Positions 60,109 through 64,000 of a stretch of 64,000 nt of DNA are shown in pieces; within the stretch, counting starts at the first letter, position 1, and every line of letters begins with the position of its first letter. Position numbers and translations under genes: made by a program. This stretch comes from Candidatus Latescibacterota bacterium (GTDB lineage: Bacteria; Latescibacterota; UBA2968; GCA-2709665). Where the stretch lies: the NCBI GenBank assembly GCA_965226795.1, contig CBDDDZ010000003.1, positions 224,001-288,000 on the forward strand, read 5' to 3'. Under the pieces are notes generated by a model. That model had not been told where the DNA came from. It searched no databases and saw only the letters and a list, made by a program, of their open reading frames with translations.

Positions 60109-60519
60109 ATGAATCCCAGACTAAAGAATGCGTTGGCCGTCATCGTCGGCATTATTGCAGGAAGTGTAGCAAATATGGCACTGGTGGTAGTAGGTCCTGC
60201 AATCATCCCACCCCCTGATGGTGTCGATGTGACCAATATGGAATCCATCAGGTCATCCCTGCACATGTTTGAATTCAAGCACTTCGTCTTCCCGTTCCTG
60301 GCTCACGCCTTGGGGACCCTCGCAGGCGCGTACTTGGCCGTCGTCATGTCTGCAAGCCGCGGGATGGCAGCGGCGATGGTTGTTGGTGGTTTTTTCCTGA
60401 TAGGCGGCATCATCAACGCGGTCTCGATAGCGTCACCCACCTTGTTTGCCGTCGTGGACCTGGTTGGCGCCTACATACCCATGGCGTGGATCGGTGCAAG
60501 ATTAGCCGGAAGATCGTAA
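60109..60519 (+). CDS. Hypothetical 4-TM membrane protein
   Basis: GAGGTG RBS; PFLAHALGTLAG; YIPMAWIG. Confidence 0.75.
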   Translation: MNPRLKNALAVIVGIIAGSVANMALVVVGPAIIPPPDGVDVTNMESIRSSLHMFEFKHFVFPFLAHALGTLAGAYLAVVMSASRGMAAAMVVGGFFLIGGIINAVSIASPTLFAVVDLVGAYIPMAWIGARLAGRS

Positions 60520-60644
60520 GGAACAACGGCTGAATGGGCCGGTGTGGACGGTGTTAATCCGAGCCGCGAAGCTGAACGGCGTCTGGGCGCCCTGGCCTTC
60601 GGCAACACCTCGACACGCTTCGCGGCCCCGAAAAGGATGTCGTC

Positions 60645-62126
60645 ATGACCAGGTCTCTCCCAGACGTCCCTTCCCTCGAGCTCGAGCGCAAACGTGCCAA
60701 AGCTCTCTCTCGGGATTTCGCAGCGGCGATGAAGGCGATCGACGTCAACGACACCGCCCGCCTTGGCAGCCTCATCGCGGAGCAGCCGGCCCTGCTTATC
60801 TGGAGCGAGCACGACGAGGGTCCCGCCCTGCTCCATGCCACTACCTCCTACGCCAACTTCCCCGGCGCCGAGAACGAAGCGGTCTACAACCGGCCCGACT
60901 GTGCCCGCCTGCTGCTCGACGCCGGCGCGGTCATGCATCCCGGGGTCTACCTGAGGACGATCGACACGGGCGCCCACGGCATGCTCGCGCTGTTCGACGA
61001 GATGGGTGTGCTGCCCGACAACCTGCGTATCTTCGCCGCACGGGGCGATCTCGACAAGGTGCGGAAGTGTTTCGACGCTGCCGGCGCCCTGCTCGACACA
61101 GGGCGTCCGGAGGTGGAACTTCGCTCCGGGTACGCGGGCGCCGAGGAGGACTGGCCCGACCCCGAAGACGATCGGTTGATCGTGGCCGATGCCTTTCTCT
61201 ACGCCTGTCGGCTGGGTCATCGCGACGTCGCCCGTTTCCTGCTGCGCCGTTGCATTCCATTCGACGGCGATCTTCGGATCCGCGTCGAGGCTTGGCAGGG
61301 GGAAACGGCGTTCATCGATTTCTTGCTGGAGAAGCGGCCCGAGGGTGGAAGGCGCGTTCGCGCCTATCGGGAGGCGGACGACGCCCCCGGACTGATCTGG
61401 AGCCGGGCCGTGGAGTTGCGCCTGCTCGCTGCACTGGAAGAGGGCGACGCAGAGGCCATCGGCGATCTGCTATCCACCGAACCCTTTCTCCTGGTCCCTC
61501 CCTATCTCGATACCCAGAAGAGGTTGTTGGAGGTCGCAGCCTACTCCGAGGGAACGCTGCCGGTGATCGAGGCCGTGATCGCCAGCGGCGCTGCCATCGC
61601 CACCGCGGTTGAACCGCCGGAGTCTTGCGCTGTCTCCTATGCTCTCGAATACGGGCATGCCGACTACGTTCCAGCCCTGTCGCAGATCTGGCAGGTGCCC
61701 GGCGATCTCCCCCACGCTGCCGGTCTGGGCGACCTGGAAGCGGTCGCAAAGAGGTTCGCCAACGGCCATCCGCGGTTGGACGATCCATCCGTGTACGCCT
61801 CTCAGCCGGGGGAATCACCGCTGACAACCGTTCAGGAGGTCGTCGATCGTGCGTTTGCCTGGGCGGTGCAAAACGGCAATTACGGGATAGCGGATTATCT
61901 CCTGGATCACGGTGCCGATATCAACACGAGATGGAGTACCCACGAACCGGCCAGCATCCTGCACGAGTGCGCCTTCGCCGGCCGCATGGAACAGGTTGTA
62001 TATCTCATTGGCAAAGGGATCGACGTGACCATAAAGGACCATCGATACGATGCCACCGCCGAAGACTGGGCGCGTTTTACAGGACAAGACCAGGTCGCCG
62101 ATTATGTGGCCGAATCGAAGGGTTGA
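60645..62126 (+). CDS. Ankyrin-repeat protein
   Basis: YLLDHGADIN, SILHECAFAG, YLIGKGIDVTIKD; N-terminal LPDVPSLELERKRAKAL. Confidence 0.85.
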   Translation: MTRSLPDVPSLELERKRAKALSRDFAAAMKAIDVNDTARLGSLIAEQPALLIWSEHDEGPALLHATTSYANFPGAENEAVYNRPDCARLLLDAGAVMHPGVYLRTIDTGAHGMLALFDEMGVLPDNLRIFAARGDLDKVRKCFDAAGALLDTGRPEVELRSGYAGAEEDWPDPEDDRLIVADAFLYACRLGHRDVARFLLRRCIPFDGDLRIRVEAWQGETAFIDFLLEKRPEGGRRVRAYREADDAPGLIWSRAVELRLLAALEEGDAEAIGDLLSTEPFLLVPPYLDTQKRLLEVAAYSEGTLPVIEAVIASGAAIATAVEPPESCAVSYALEYGHADYVPALSQIWQVPGDLPHAAGLGDLEAVAKRFANGHPRLDDPSVYASQPGESPLTTVQEVVDRAFAWAVQNGNYGIADYLLDHGADINTRWSTHEPASILHECAFAGRMEQVVYLIGKGIDVTIKDHRYDATAEDWARFTGQDQVADYVAESKG

Positions 62127-62233
62127 CGAACTACGGTTTCGACCTTGGCCTTCGGCACCTCGCTTCGCGGGTTCGTGGGTGCCGAGAACATTAAGCGAAA
62201 GCGGCTGACAATTGTCGACTACGGAGAACATAG

Positions 62234-63010
62234 ATGAGTACCAGGCTCTACAACCTCCCTCAGCTCTATGATAACGCCTTCTCCTAGGATCTTTCTCAAG
62301 AGATCGACTTCTTCAAAAGAGCTTTCGAAACGCACGTGCCTTTCCCGGTACGGCACATCCTGGAGCCAGCGTGCGGCTCCGGGCGCTTTCTGAGAACCTT
62401 GCCTTCCTATGGGTTCCGGGTCACAGGCTACGACGTCAACCCCGCCATGGTCCAATACGCTGCGGAATCTGTTGCGGCTGCCGGATGGGAGCGGAGTGTT
62501 CGGATTGTACTGGCCGACATGGTCTCCGCTGAGATCCCTGGTGAGTTTGATGCTGCGTTCAATGCGATAAATAGCATTGGATACCTTCATTCCGACGATG
62601 ATGTGGTTTCCCATCTGAAGGTTACGGGTTCATCGCTCCGTGAGGGCGGGATTTATCTTGTCCATCTGAATTTCGGACACGAGGGTGAACTACCTGATGG
62701 GGTTCATTGGACGATGGATCGTGACGGCATCAACGTGAAAATCTCGTGGCGAATCCTTAGCGAAGACAAAGAATCAAAATTGAGTCACCAAATTGGCTCG
62801 TTTGAAATCGAACAGGATAGCAAGAAAGAGCAGTTTGATTTTCTTCATACCCTGAGGCTATGGCTGTTTTCCGATCTACAGGAGTTAATCCAGCGATCAG
62901 GTCAGTTTGAGGTCGTGGCGATTTATGGAGAGGATTTCGAAGAACTGAACGACTGGAAGCGCCTGTCTGGGGAACTTGGAAACGTCTACTTGACACTTCT
63001 GAAGACTTAA
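62234..63010 (+). pseudogene. Class I SAM methyltransferase with in-frame TAG at codon 18
   Basis: GGAG RBS, ATG 62234, TAG 62285-62287, same frame continues to ILEPACGSG. Confidence 0.8.
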
Positions 63011-63012
63011 GC

Positions 63013-63381
63013 TCCCTTCGGCGGCGCACCCGGGGATCATGGCCGTCGGATTCCGAGGAGAAGACGAGAAGGTTCTTCGGCCACTGGTACGATTTACATG
63101 GCAAGAGGCAGTGCGGTTACTACCTGGGACACGAAGTATTAGCCAGGATGGAAGCGCTCGATCTTGAGCGAGAGGCTCCATGCGCTGCCCACGGTGCGTG
63201 GACTGCAGACGACAGGTTCGCTGTGAAGCTTTGCTATACGGAATCCGCGCCTATTTACACCTTGACGCTCCGGTTCGAGCAGCAAAGGGTGGTATTCGAC
63301 AGGTTCATCAACATAAAACCCCTGGAACGGCTTTCGCAAGACCCGCTGCGCGAGTTGTTGGGTGCCGGGGACGTTTACTGA
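63013..63381 (+). pseudogene. Possible C-terminal fragment of a serine hydrolase/beta-lactamase-like gene
   Basis: AAHGAWTADDRFAVKLCYTES...LTLRF resembles the C-terminal domain of that family; no N-terminal part present. Confidence 0.35.
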
Positions 63382-63394
63382 AATCGGGGCATGA

Positions 63395-64000
63395 ATGAGC
63401 AAGTGCGTCAGAACCTACTACGACTCGGCGCCAGAGAGAGAGTGGGAACGGTTGGATAATGGGCTTTCGCGAATCGAATTCGCTTCCACTCTGCGACTCA
63501 TTGAGAAATACATTCCTGCCAACGGAGCCGTGTGTGACAACGGAAGCGGACCGGGCCGTTACTCAATTGAGCTCACCAGGCGTGGGTACCAGGTGACTCT
63601 ATTCGACCTTTCCGGGAAGCTGCTGGAGAGGGCAGAGCGGGCATTTGCATCGGAAGGAATCAGCGGGACTCGGGCTGTTCAAGGAGATGCGCGCGATCTG
63701 GGGGTCTTTGAGGACGAATCGTTTGATGCCTCCCTGCATCTTGGTCCTCTATACCATCTCGTCAAGAGTGACGATCGATCCCAGGCTCTAAGAGAGCTGG
63801 TCCGCATCCTAAAGCCGGGCGGCAGGGCGATTGTTGCCTTCCTGAATTCCTGGGGCCTGATCAGATCCGGAGTAGTCGATTTCCAAAAGCGCTTCCGTAA
63901 TTCCGCTTTTTTGCGGAGCATGCTCGGCGAAAAAGCTTTTGATGGTCGTGAACTCTCCGGTTTCACCGAATGTCACTGGTCCAATCCTGAGATCGCTGGC
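63395..64000 (+). CDS. Class I SAM methyltransferase, runs off the right edge
   Basis: Manual translation MSKCVRTYYDSAPEREWERL...DNGSGPGRYS...LGPLYHL...RILKPGG. Confidence 0.85.
   Translation, partial: MSKCVRTYYDSAPEREWERLDNGLSRIEFASTLRLIEKYIPANGAVCDNGSGPGRYSIELTRRGYQVTLFDLSGKLLERAERAFASEGISGTRAVQGDARDLGVFEDESFDASLHLGPLYHLVKSDDRSQALRELVRILKPGGRAIVAFLNSWGLIRSGVVDFQKRFRNSAFLRSMLGEKAFDGRELSGFTECHWSNPEIAG

Noticed and set aside
62285..62287. Pyrrolysine or recoded TAG
   Set aside because: TAG terminates many genes in the window and no pyl genes are seen; a point mutation is simpler.

Overview
GC-rich bacterial chromosomal window with about 50 CDSs. Recognisable housekeeping genes are recJ, ilvD, glpK, msrA and ssrA (tmRNA, 33220-33579, tag ADNTYAMAA). 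Other content: a PspA/DUF4178/DUF350/spermidine-synthase-like gene set split into two convergent halves (0.6-7.7 kb); an accessory stretch beside the tmRNA 3' end with three Kelch lipoprotein paralogs, two TPR-GWxTD proteins and a toxin-deleted TA module; several catabolic genes; and a same-strand, compositionally mixed, cassette-like run at 58.9-64 kb. The most striking signal is non-coding. Nine dispersed copies of a roughly 200-350 bp element (subfamilies A x3, B x6) share anchors at near-fixed spacing around variable segments, show compensatory stem changes, and in B end in a mirror-repeat hairpin with triplex geometry. They cluster with GTAG-REPs and heptamer repeats, twice as back-to-back A/B pairs. 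I do not recognise this family. All calls were made by eye; no database search or folding was run.
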